Shown here: one piece after another, positions 39,201-51,558 of the stretch | How the letters are laid out: the number at the start of each line of letters is the position of its first letter | Numbering within the stretch: the first letter of the stretch is position 1 | NCBI GenBank assembly: GCA_051453625.1 | Contig: JBOZIK010000001.1 | Span: forward strand, 19,123,681-19,187,680 | Length of the DNA: 64,000 nt | From: Welwitschia mirabilis | Lineage: Eukaryota | Direction of reading: 5' to 3' | Notes under the pieces: model-generated | The model's database searches: none | Told to the model about the DNA's origin: nothing | What the model saw: only the letters and a program-made list of their open reading frames with translations | Made by a program: the position numbers and the translations under genes

Positions 39201-42200
39201 CAACCTTCTGATATAAACATGATAGAAGCACTAGCCTTAGAGGTTTCCCTCGATGAGGAGAGCTTCTTTCCTATCATTTTCTAAATCTTATCTTAGCTTT
39301 TTCCTTTAAAGATCATTATGACATTACTTGATTATCTTTCAAAAATGACTTATGTATTTATTTTACTTCTATGACGAGTCTTTGACTTGGGCATTTTATA
39401 GTGATAAGATTGGATTCACCCAATCTTAAGACATTCACACATCTATGAACTTTGTTTTGAAGGAAGATTTTTTATTTCTAATGTTTTTCTTAATAATGAA
39501 AATGTCTTAGACTGTTTATGGATGTTCTTTTCTATCTTTTATCTTATTACTTCGCCTTTATCTTTTGGAATGTTTAATCATGTGAAATTTATTTAAAAAA
39601 AAGGTATGAAATAAGATCATGATGTCCTACTGCAAGTACACCAAGGTAAATTTTTCATAGAGAGGCCTTTGAAGTATGATATAAGAGCTGTGGGAACTTC
39701 ACTGGGAGGTCAATTGGCCATGATTCATGGGTCCTTACTTCTTTGACTATGGTTGCACTCCCCTCATCATGGATAATAAAATAATAAAAACTTTAAGGCT
39801 ACGAGATCAGTGGCATTCCCAGTGTCATCATAGCATTGCTTGTTTCCTAGAATCTTAGTTTTTCTACATGATCATTTCATTTCTAAGGATTTAGGTGTTT
39901 GTTTTGAGATGTAAGTAGGTGAGTTCATTTTTGAGAAACTCTTTGATCTTATCACTTATTATTTAAAGTATTTGATTTTTAGCATCATCATAACCACTAC
40001 CTTATCAAAGAGAATTTTACATAATTATACATCTGTCATGCTTTTTTAAATCAATTGATGTTATGATTTCTTTCATAGAAGTCTACTAGATTAAAATGTA
40101 GAGTAGGTAGGCTATCTTCTTTGTGTTGTCTTATGTTCATTCTTTTTGTTTTCTTTCATTATTCAGTTAGTTGTATCAAAATCATTTCCATATTTTCTTA
40201 TCATTTTAGGACCTTAACACCTAATGGTTTCCTTATTTAATTTTCAATAAAGAGCTGATTTCTTGCTTAGATGAGTTTTATTATAAATTTTATAATTTTA
40301 TTTTTAGTCTTTTAGAGTTCTAAACACTATTTTTATCATTTTTGTGAAGGCACATTTGTTGGGCACTTATGGATCTGCTTCATCCTAATTAGTACATTTT
40401 CATTATCTACTCTTCCCATGCTTGTCAAAATATTTCCTACATCTATATTTTTCAAATATGACATTTCTACACCTAGCTTTGCAATCAATTTCTCAAATGT
40501 TAACATTTAAAAACACCCATTGTCTACCTCCTCATTTGGATCTACTAATCTGATTTCTTTAGCTAGTTTGGGATGTATTGTTTTTCTCGGGGGATGGTCG
40601 GACTCATTTTCAAGATTTATTTTTCATAATTTTTACATCAGAGCTTTCATAAGACATAATTTTTAAAATTTTCACTTCATACACATGATGCATTACATGT
40701 TATTTTGTTATGTGATACGTTTGAGATTATTTAAGAGCCTGTTTTATAATTTCCAGAATGACTTTTTTAGAGATAATTTGACTCATAATTGTAGTTATGT
40801 ATCTGGTTTTTATCAAGGACTGACAAAGGCTAAGTGGAGGGCTATGATGTGCTACTAAATTGTATGCATTTGATGGGATGTCATGAGCTTTTCTGTAGTG
40901 CATTTATACAGGTTTAGATGAAATTCTGAGGATTATGAAGATTTGATGGATGATCATTGAAAACCATAATTCTTGGCATAATTAAAGGTATTTCAGGCAC
41001 ATTCTGTAGAATCATGAAGGTCAATATGACTTCTGAAAAATTTAAACAATTATTACTACCCAATAAATAAACTCAAAAATTAGAACCAAAATAATGCATA
41101 AGACAGGATTTATAGTTGTTTGGGATAGATCCTACTCTACTCTTGGAAGATAGTCAATAATCAAGACTATTCTGGATCTCTATTGCTTCACTATCCACCA
41201 TGTTTTTAAGGCTAACCTTCAACCTTACAAAGCAAACTTTTTTAGCTTAGATCTCAACCTTCATAGACTAGACTTTTATAGGATAAGTCTTAACCATAAT
41301 AAAATGGACTTTTACAGGCTAAGTTTCAACCTCAATAAAATACACAAGGATGAGTGAGAAAATGAAGCCTCTATGCTCTAAGTCACTCAAATGCAAGAAC
41401 TAACAATGGAGCCTTATTACTTAGCTTTAGTACAAAGGTAAGCGCTGAGTGAGAGAATAAAGATGTTATAAAGATAAGTTCTTTAAATTAAGAGTGTAAT
41501 CTTCTTTTTCAAAATTTGTTTGATTTACTTGACGAGGCTTTTGAGTGTTATTTCTTTAAATAGATTTCTTCAAAATATAGCCATTTAGAAAGTTAGAAGG
41601 GAATATGATATTTACAATGGATAGATTTGGAGAAATAGTGGTTAGAAAACTATTTCAAAATTTCTGCTTCTGCTCTGACTAGTCAACTGCTTGAAACATC
41701 TGGTTGTCTCGAGTGACTCACATTACCTAATTGGGTAATCCCCTTTCACATCTAGTCAACTCGAGTAATTCACTTTACTTAGTCCGGTGACCCCCATCTA
41801 AAATCTAGTTGACCACTTCTGTTTAGGTCTGGTCAACTTCACATGAGTCTGGTCGATCCCATATGAAATAGTACATATTAAAAAGCTTAAAAAGTGCATT
41901 CCTAGATTTGGTCAGCCCTATAAAGATCTAGTTGACCTCATATCAAGTAGCCTAAAATGTATATTTCCAGGTTTGGTCAACTCCTACTTTAAGTCATTGG
42001 ATAGAAAATCAAGTTACTTTAATCAGAACATGTCTACATCTTGGTTATCTTTTGGTTATGGATCTTTTCACTTCTTGCATCTATGAACTCACATTTTATT
42101 CTATAAAGATCATATTAATTTACATTAATTGGCAATATAAAGTTCTAACAATTTCCCCCTTTGATATTAATGGCAAACAAATAAGTGATTTCAAGACTAA

Positions 42201-42899
42201 ACAAATATCTCATTTTTAAGCTCTTTCTTTCATCAATCTAATAAAGAATATTGATATAATAAAAGCTCCCCCTTTCATAATTCCATACAAAGAATATTAA
42301 GTAAAGGATGCCTTTTCTTTTAATATATATATATTTCTGAAAAAACATTTTGATAATACCATATTTTCTTCCCCTTTTGACATCAATGAAAAAGGATAGA
42401 GAAAGAGAGATAAATAGCTATAAACATTAAACATGGGATAAGGAATATCATATTTTATCCCCCTAACTTTATGCCATATATATGTTAAAAAAATAATAAT
42501 CATGATAGAGTTTCCAAAGCAAGTATGTAAATGAGATGATAATTTTTAATTCATTATTAAAAAAATACCAATTGATGTTATGCTTATGATAATAAGATTT
42601 AATTACAAAGTAAAACTTCAAAATATTCAAAACTTATAGATGAATCTTCATAAAAAATTACCATTAAGAAGCAAATCTAATACAATGATAATGACTAGAG
42701 TATATATAACCTGCTTTAGCTAATAACCTTAGTGATCACATAGTAATGAGGTTCTCATACAAAAATAAGGTAAATATCATAATAATGCTTCCAAGGAGCA
42801 CAGCATATTACAATAGTTAACAATTTAGAAAACATAATGTAATAAATAAAAATTAATCAAAATAACAAGAATTAGTACTAATGTTTAAATTTTTTTGGA

Positions 42900-44435
42900 T
42901 CAAAAAGACTCTAAATTCTTAGCTTTATCCATATGGTCTTTCTTGACTTTTGGGTAGAAACTTGTTTAGGGAAAAATTTAAATGATAAAGCATCAGTGTT
43001 TGCAAAACACGTATTTTTTCTATATGGACAGTTAAATTCTAAATGTCCAAGTTTACAATAATAATGACAAGTGATATTTTTGGTAGAACATGTCATACAT
43101 TTAATACTTAACTTACTAGATGAAGTTGATGTACTATTACCTTCAAATCAATATCCTTTTTTTCATGTGCAAGTTGTTCCAATCCAAGAATCTTCTCAAG
43201 TTTCTTTAATCATTCTATGAATCTACTCAAGACTTGTGAATATTGAATTAATTTCCTTATGAGACTTATATTTTCTTTTTGAATCTCTTTATATCTTTGA
43301 TTTAAGACTTCATGCTCCCTTTTTAAATTATTAATGATATTATTTAGTTGATTGACTTTTACAACAACTCTTTTACATTCTTGATATAGTTCATGACATG
43401 TGTCTTCAACATTCTCCTCTTCTTCATCTTCACTCATATCCAAATCATCATGCTTATTGAGTTTTGATGACTAAGTAGTGGGATTCACAAGTGCCATGAA
43501 AGATAATGTTTAATGTTCTTTAGATTCTTTATTTCAGCTTTTTTCTTCTTATTCTTCTTCTTCAAAGTTATTCCAAGTGGCTACTAGTGAGGTCTTCTTT
43601 AGGTCCTTTAGTTTCCTATTATTGATATCATTATTTTTCATATGCCTAAAACTCTTGTTGAATTTTCTATCTCTTCTTTTTAATAAAAATGCTTTAAANN
43701 NNNNNNNNNNNNNNNNNNNNNNNNNNNNNNNNNNNNNNNNNNNNNNNNNNNNNNNNNNNNNNNNNNNNNNNNNNNNNTCTTCTTTCTATTAAAAAATTTT
43801 AACTCATAAGTTTGAAGGTTACCTTGTAGTTCATCTAGTGGCATCTTGCTAAGATCTTTACTTTCTTTGATTGCAGTCATCTTGGGTTCAGCTCTCTTGG
43901 GAAGGGTTCTTAAGATCTTCCTTACTATCTTAGCTTTCTCCATCTTTTCTCCAAGGCTTACCATGGAGTTTACAATGTTCATTAGAATTTTTTAAGAGTA
44001 TCTTCATCATCCATCTTAATATCTTCAAATTTTGTAATCAACATCTGCATCTTTACTTACTTAACATTAGATGTTCCTTCATGATCAATAGCAAGAATAT
44101 CCCATACTTCTTTGGTGGTCTCGTAGTTTACTATTCTCTTAAACTCATCTATAGCCATAGAACAAAAAATTGAATTCAAAACACAAGTATTAATAGTTGC
44201 ATTAGCTTTATCTAATTTATTGCATTTATCTTTTGGTTTCAACACTACTATAAAATTGCCATTGGCATCCTTTTAAGTTGTGTCATGGTGGCTATAACTT
44301 GTGATTAATAGATCCTCATAATCTATATCAAGAGATCTTAAGAATATTCGTATTCTAGCCTTCTAATATCCATAGTCTATTTCATCAAAGAGTGGAGGCC
44401 TAAAAATAGATAAAGCTTATGTAATAAAATCCATG
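42900..44435 (-). pseudogene. Sirevirus-like gag remnant (no pol)
   Basis: Minus strand reads RPPLFDEIDYGY*KARIRIFLRS, TTKEVWDILAIDHEGTSNVK, KIVRKILRTLPKRAEPKMTAIKESKDLSKMPLDELQGNLQTYE, a coiled coil, and CHYYCKLGHLEFNC. Confidence 0.9.
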
Positions 44436-45780
44436 GCTAGGGTTATTGAATCAAAGATTGATTAAAATCTTAGTATTAACTTAAACTAGACCTTTAATAC
44501 CAAATGTAGGATCCTAAACCCTAAAGGAGGAGGAGCAGGCAGGGTCGAGGGAAAGGTTGGGGTGGGAAATGAATAAGACTTCTAAAAAAATTTAAACAAT
44601 TATTACTACCCAATAGAGAAATTATGACATAATAACATATAAAAAAATAAACTCAAAAAGTAGAACCAAAATAATACATAAGATAGGATTTATAGTGGTT
44701 CAGGATAAACCCTACTCCACTCTCAGAAGATAGTCAATAATGAAGACTATTCCAAATCTCTATTTCTTCACTATCCACCAGGTTTTTAAGGATAATCAAC
44801 CTTAGAAAGCAGACTTTTTCAAGCTAAGTCTCAACCTTTATAAACTAGACTTTTAAAGGCTAACTTTTAACCTTAATAAAACATACTTTGTAGGCTAAGT
44901 ATCAACCTCAATAAAATGAATAAGGATGAGTGAGGGAATGAAGCCTCTATGCTCTAAGTCACTCAAATGCAAGAACTAACAATGCAGATTTATTGCTAAG
45001 ATTTAGTACAAAGGTAAGTGTTGAGTAAAAGAAGATAGATGTTATAAAGATAAGCTCTTCAAATCAAGAGTGTACTCTTCTTTTTCAAAATCCATTCGAT
45101 TTTCTTGTTGAGGTTTTTGAGTGTTACCTCTTTAAATAGATTTCTTCAAAATATAGCTGTTTAGATAGTTAGAAGGAAATCTAACATTTGCAACAGATAG
45201 ATTTGGTGAAATAATAGTNNNNNNNNNNNNNNNNNNNNNNNNNNNNNNNNNNNNNNNNNNNNNNNNNNNNNNNNNNNNNNNNNNNNNNNNNNNNNNNNNN
45301 NNNNNNNNNNNNNNNNNNNNNNNNNNNNNNNNNNNNNNNNNNNNNNNNNNNNNNNNNNNNNNNNNNNNNNNNNNNAGGTTAACCACTTGTGTTTTGGTCT
45401 AGTCGACTCCACATTACTCAGGTCGACCCCATATGAAATAGTACATATTAAGAAGCTTGAAAAGTGCATTTCTAGGTCTGGTCGATCCCATATGAAGTAG
45501 CCTAAAATGTGTATTTCCAAGTTCGGTTGACTCCTACTTTAAGTTCTTGAACAGAAAATCAAGTTACTTTAATCATAACGTGTCCAAATCTTAACTATCT
45601 TTTGGTTATGGATCCTTCAGCTTCTTGCATCTGTGAAATTACATTTCATTCTACAAAGATCATATTAGTTTGACATCAATNNNNNNNNNNNNNNNNNNNN
45701 NNNNNNNNNNNNNNNNNNNNNNNNNNNNNNNNNNNNNNNNNNNNNNNNNNNNNNNNNNNNNNNNNNNNNNNNNNNNNNNN

Positions 45781-45906
45781 AGCGAGTCTAGCGAGTCTGT
45801 GAACGTCAGACTCATCTCTGCGAGTTCGACATCGCAAACTCGCGGTGAGCTGCGAACTCGCGAACTTGCAAGACTAGCTGGACTCGCCATGAGTCTGGTA
45901 ACAGTT
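45781..45906. mobile_element. CpG-rich terminus of a probable hAT/MITE DNA transposon
   Basis: Repeated gcgagt/actcgc motifs end in 'gagtctggtaacagt' (TIR-like). CpGs are retained, unlike the flanks. The left side is lost in a gap. Confidence 0.5.
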
Positions 45907-48257
45907 CCTTATACAACTATGTTGCCCTCATAATTAGTCATATTGTATGGGTTCTTTTGTACAAAAAGGTAAAAGGGAGAGATTTGATAAGTCTAAATAA
46001 ATGTTAGTCCATTATGATTGTCTTTATTAGGGTATTTTCTACATAGATTTAATACGTTATGAACCTATATGTGTCTTTTACTTAATATATATTAATTAAG
46101 TGTGTCAAATATTATTGATCACTACCAATTCCTTACTCTAGCCATATTGAGTTAAGCTACTAAGTATATCATAATATAGCTATGATAATTAACTACACTT
46201 ACATATCAAATTTAATTGAATCTTTGGCTAAGTATAATTGTCTTAGTTCTAGTATAACTGTGCACATACTTATAAGTCTTAGCTAAATATTCCAATTTTA
46301 CTAATAAGCAAAATGTTTTAAGGAATGTTAAATTAAACTTGGGTATAACTAAGCTAACTATTGGAACTATATCTATGATATTATATAATAATCTCTTGTT
46401 GTCACATTGGACGTTTAAAATTGGACATTACAAAAGGTAATATATAAGAAAATAAATTAAATAAATATATTAAAAAATATGATACAAAATAAACTTTAAT
46501 AAGTTTAATATATGCAGTTTCATTAAGAGAAATATATATATAAAGAAGAATTTAGTGACAAGTATTATAATAAAAATTACAATGGCTTATAGACATACCC
46601 TATGCATATGATAATGTACTTGGACACATAACATTTTAAGAAGAAAGAGGTAGCTTTCGAATTTATTTTCATACTCTGGGATCATCATATTATTATATTA
46701 CATTATAGCTGCACAAACTATAGGATACAAAAGCATCCATTTTCTTTGAATGCATTTTTGTTCATCTAAAGTTATTCGCAAGTGTGCAAGGCCCTGAGAA
46801 TGGAAATTCACATGCACATCATATTATACATTCATAAAGTCATTTTCATTCTCATTCTTTATCATTTCATTTATCTTTTGTCCTTTTCTTATTCCACCCT
46901 TAGGATTGTTATTTTCAAATGGTCTTTTACCTTTTTTTCCTTGTATTTTTAACTCTTTATTTATTGGATGTTAATGAGAATAAAGGTCATTGAATTTTTA
47001 AATCTTTTGATGCTTTAAAGATAGAGCCTTGAGAAGATAAGATTTAATGTAGTGTAGGCCTTTGTGATGCTTGAAGGGGCAATCTCTAAGGGAGGTAAAT
47101 TTTGGTATGTTTCTTAGCTTCGTAATGGTGTGATGATCAAACTGTCATAATCAAGCTGTAAGAAAAATTATGTTTATCTAAAAATGGTTATTAAGCTCTA
47201 AGCTTTAAGATAGATGTTTTGAAAATATGATGGATGTTTTCATTAACAAAATGATAAGGATTAACTAAAGGCTCTTTATGGAAGGAGATGGTAATGCTTT
47301 CAAACATTATCATCTCTGGAGTAATGAATTTGCTAACTTTGTTTACATTTTTGCTTGTCTTTATAGTTCTTAAGGTTTATACGTTCAATGATAGAGTTCA
47401 TTTTTTTTTAAATGGTACATCATAGAAACCAGAAATAACCCTAGACATGGATCTTCTGTGAGATCAATTTTGAATTTTATCAATTTAGACTTTAAGATTT
47501 ATCTGTGATTCCTCAATTAGATGTATGACATGCTTAGGATGCCCAAAGCTGAGTTCATTCAACATGTAGTCTTTGACTCCATGATGTACTTTTAGATCTA
47601 CCAACTAGGTTCAAAGATCTTTCTTCCATTAGCATTACTTACATGGTTCATCCTTGTTTTAGTGAATGTATTAAGGGGCATATTATTAGAAGTAAAGGTA
47701 GTCTGTTTTATAGTAATATTGATAAACTTTCCATATTAAATAGTCAGATGGACTTTCTTAGAAGTTGGTAGATTAATAAATGCCTTAAGTATGAAAAGAA
47801 GGGCTTTTCCAGATCTAGGTAGGTGGTTTTAAATGCTATAAGTTTCATTGCTATATAACTTTAACTAGACTCTTAATGACATAGCAAAGAAATTAATAGG
47901 GAGGTTAAGCCATAGTTGTTGAAGATATGCAGTAGTAATAAATTGTTAAAGATGGAAACACAAGCATTTTTGAAGGAGAAGAGTTAATGGAACAAGGGAG
48001 AATACTCAAAAACCAAAATAGAATCACATTTCTTGGATTTACAGTTCATCTCTTGATTTCCTTGAATTTTATTGAAGTAAAGCAATAGTGTTTATAAAAG
48101 TAAAGAGGAAAATTTCACTGCTTTGCTTTAGCTATGGTCAAAGAAATAGCTCCTAGGTCTTGTCATTATGATTGGATCTTCTTTGCGAATTAAATTTGAC
48201 CAAGCAAAAATTTATGTTATAGGTATGTTAGTAGCCTCTACTTTTAAGCGAATGATA

Positions 48258-48826
48258 ATGACAACTCAGGAAATGATCAAGCGTAAGGCCCCTACAATGT
48301 ACCCACAATGAGGACGAGTGACATCACCATGAAAGTATCAATAATCATCTTGAAATATTAAGGAGTCTTATTACTAATACAACTAAGTCAAATAAGGCTT
48401 TACTTTTAGTAGAAGTGATAGAACATGTAAAGAGGCTTAAGCACTTAGTGGAGAACATGGGATAGAAAAGCCAAGTCTTGAGTGAAGTAGATGAAGTGAG
48501 CATGGATCCTCTAGATGAGGAAGGATGGCTTCCCATAAGAGATTTTCTCTGCTGTGAAGATTGTCTAAACCTTCTCATAGATCTGGTCAAGATCTAAAAA
48601 AGCTACACCTGCACACTATAAAAGTAATGATGGCAACCTTAAGTATAAGGATCAAAAAATGTTTTTTTGACTATCAATTATTTTGATTTAGTATAGGACC
48701 TTAACACTAACAACCAACCTCTTTCCAATGTAATGGACATGAAAGAGTCTAGATTTAGCATGGGCCCTTCTGTTTTCTAGTATCTAGGAGGCCCTCAAGG
48801 TGGTGTTAGAGAAGCATAATCTCAAT
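48258..48826 (+). pseudogene. Processed (intronless) pseudogene of a bHLH30/bHLH32 (TMO5-like, subgroup Vb) transcription factor
   Basis: MTTQEMIKRKA / HNEDE*HHHESINNHLEILRSLITNTTKSNKALLLVEVIEHVKRLK...SEVDEVSM...FLCCEDCLNLLIDLVK../LHLHTIKVMMATL / SSI*EALKVVLEK. Matches MTAQEIMDAKA..HSEAERRRRERINxHL..LRS..PNTTKTDKASLLAEVIxHVKELK...CCEDR.DLL...SIQEALKAVMEK. Confidence 0.88.
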
Positions 48827-51558
48827 GAAAAATTTAGTAAATAATACTTTTGATAGCAATACCAGCAAAAGTCCATGGCAAGTGAGTGTTATAAGTTTTC
48901 AAGTTTTAAAGATGTTAAACTCAAACTGCCTATAGATTAGTATGACAAGACTTACCAAATTAGTATTTAACCATGTTAAGAGGATAAATTTTATACGATA
49001 AATTGATGGAGATGAATAATGTTGAATTATACCTTTTATTGTTTTTAGATTAAGCATCTTCCCCTTCAAATAGGTTAATTCCATCATTTTCTCATATTTT
49101 CCCTCTTTAAGTTAGAAATGTTATTTTTAATAGTAGCTTGTATTAGTTTCTTATAATGTATAAGTGTCATATCTTTGTGAAAGTAGAGAGCTAAGTTATT
49201 TATAAATACTTGATTTGTGCTTTGATAGTTGTTAGTAATAATTTTAAAGCCTTAAAGTCTCTAGACATGCATTACCTTCAAATGTCTAGGTTACATCCTA
49301 AGTAATTACTATAGGATCTAAAACCCTAAGGGAATTGGAGGGGAAGGGGGATGTGTGCATAGGATTTATTTAAAAAAAAATTAAACAACTATTACTACCT
49401 AGAGATAAATTATGACATTAAAAAAATAACAAAACAAACTAAAAAGTAGAACCAAAGAAATGCACAAGATAGGATTTACAGTGGTTTAGGATACACCCTA
49501 CTTCACTCTCGAATGATGGTTAACAACTGATACTATTCCTGATCTTTGTTGCTTCACTGTTCACTATGTTTTTAAGGCTAACCGTCAACCTTACAAAGAA
49601 AATCTTTTCAGGCTAAGTCTCAACCTTCATAAATAGGACTTTTGTAGGCTAAGTCTCAACCTCAATAAAATGCACAAGGTGAGTGAGGGAATGGTGCCTC
49701 TATGCTCTAAGTCACTTAAATGTAAGAACTAACAATGGAGTCTTATTGCTTAGATTTAGTACAAAGGTAAGTATTAAGTGAGAGAAGAATGATGTTCCAA
49801 AGATAAGCTCTTCAGATCAAGAGTGCAGACTTCTTTTTTAAAATCTATTTGATCTACTTATTGTGGTTTTTGAGTGTCATCTCTTTAAATAGATTTCTTT
49901 AAAATCTAACCATTAGATAGTTGGAAAGGAATATAAAATTTGCAATGGATAGATTTGATGAAATCATGATTAGAAAACTATTTGAAAATTTCTACTTCTA
50001 CTCTGATCAGTTGACTCCTCAAAACATCCAGTTAACCTAAGTGACTCATATCACTTTATTCAGTTAACCCCTTTTTCATATAGTTAACCCGAGTAAATCA
50101 TATTACTTAATCTAGTTAAACCCATCTAAAATCTAGTCGACAGTTTTTATTTAGGTCTGATTGACCCCATAGGAGTTAGGTCAACTTCATATGAAATAGT
50201 GCATATGAAGAATCTTGAAAAGTGCATTTCTACATCTGGTCAACCCCATATAAATCCGATCGACCCCATATGAAGTAGCCCAAAATGTGTATTTTTAGGT
50301 TTGGTCAACCCTTACTTTAGGTCCTTAGATAGAAAATCAAATTACTTTAGTCAAAACATGTCCAAACCTTAACTATCTTTTGGTTATGGATCTTTCAGCT
50401 TCTTGCATCTGTGAAATTACATTTCATTCTACAAAGATCATATTAGTTTGACATCAATTGGTAATATAAAATCCTAATACATTATGATGCTTAGTGCTTT
50501 AGATGAAGATCAATAATGTTAGAGGCTAGCTTCTCTTGGGTTAAAAGGACAAAGAAGACTATCGCCCCCTTTGTCATCCTCATGATAAGCAAGATGACAA
50601 CATTGTATAACTCACATAGGAATGCTGATGTAACTGGAGCTAGTACTACTAAAGTCATCTTTTCTAAAGGGGTGTCATCCCCATGGTCATCCCCATGATA
50701 AGATGATGAACATAATGTATGAACCATCATCTCCTTAGTTATTCCCATGAAAGTTAGGACAACACCTGAAATAGTCAGCCGACTTTCACCTATTTTATCT
50801 ATTTCTTTCTTGGATTTGAGTGCATTTCTTAGCGCACTTTGTATGATGGTTTCACCTTCTTCACCCTATAAATAAACCCCTCTTTGACTCTCCTATCCAT
50901 CTTCATTTGCACTAGACATTCTCGTGACAGGGATAAAAGGGCGGAAGATCCATCTTGTGGGTTGTAAAAAGACATTTCCTTAGTGTTGGATTGTGCATCC
51001 TCCATTGAGGTGCAGTTGTTTTGTAACCTAGATGCTAGTTCGATTCTTAATATAAACTCTGCTTTCTTTTATGCATTTATACTATTAATTTTCCTTATGG
51101 CTCATGTTGTTCTTGATTTGGTGATAGTTTCATTGATGATATAGGTCTTAAAGGCAACCTTTATTAAATTTGATGATAGTAGTTTAGAATCATATTTTTC
51201 ATTACATTTATTTAACTCACTTGATAGCCTAAGTCAGTCTCAGTTAGTGACAGTCTCCCTGGCTGATCTAGGTTATATAAGGCCAATCTTCTTGACACAT
51301 TAATTTGGTACTTAGATAGGTGTTTATTTAGGTTAAGTGCATTTGCATTTTGTTGCATGTTTACTTTCTTGCATTGTTCTTAAGTCAGGACATAAAATTT
51401 TCTCTAAAAATCAATTCTCCTTATTCTCTCAGACATATTCGATGAGTTTATGATATTTAGATCACTCCTAGAGTGTCATGTTTTGTAATATATCTATTTT
51501 GATTAATAGGATTCAGTAAGATGTAAAGGATTGCAAAAATATGCACCACAATAGTGCT

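Larger units (their letters stand above)
41005..50479 (-). mobile_element. Sirevirus-like Copia insertion with three LTRs, inserted in the Athila 3' LTR
   Basis: LTR-A 41005-42150, LTR-B 44505-~45680, LTR-C 49310-50479. TSD CATTC (41000-41004) / CATTA (50480-50484). Repeated PPT boxes follow LTR-A and PBS 'tttaatacca' precedes LTR-B. Confidence 0.85.
30968..51553 (+). mobile_element. Full-length degenerate Athila-like Ty3/Gypsy LTR retrotransposon; 3' LTR split by a nested insertion
   Basis: 5' LTR 30968-32211 and PBS 'tggtgccattactagggaa' (Athila TGGCGCCGTTGCCGGGGA type). Gag-PR-RT-RH-INT remnants at ~32915-39200, PPT 'aagtggaggg' at ~40832. 3' LTR is 40845-41004 plus 50480-51553. TSD ATGCT/GTGCT. 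Confidence 0.93.

Noticed and set aside
45132-45933. ORFs containing X runs (also 6978, 11537, 36550, 43577)
   Set aside because: Their length is an artefact of translation through N gaps.
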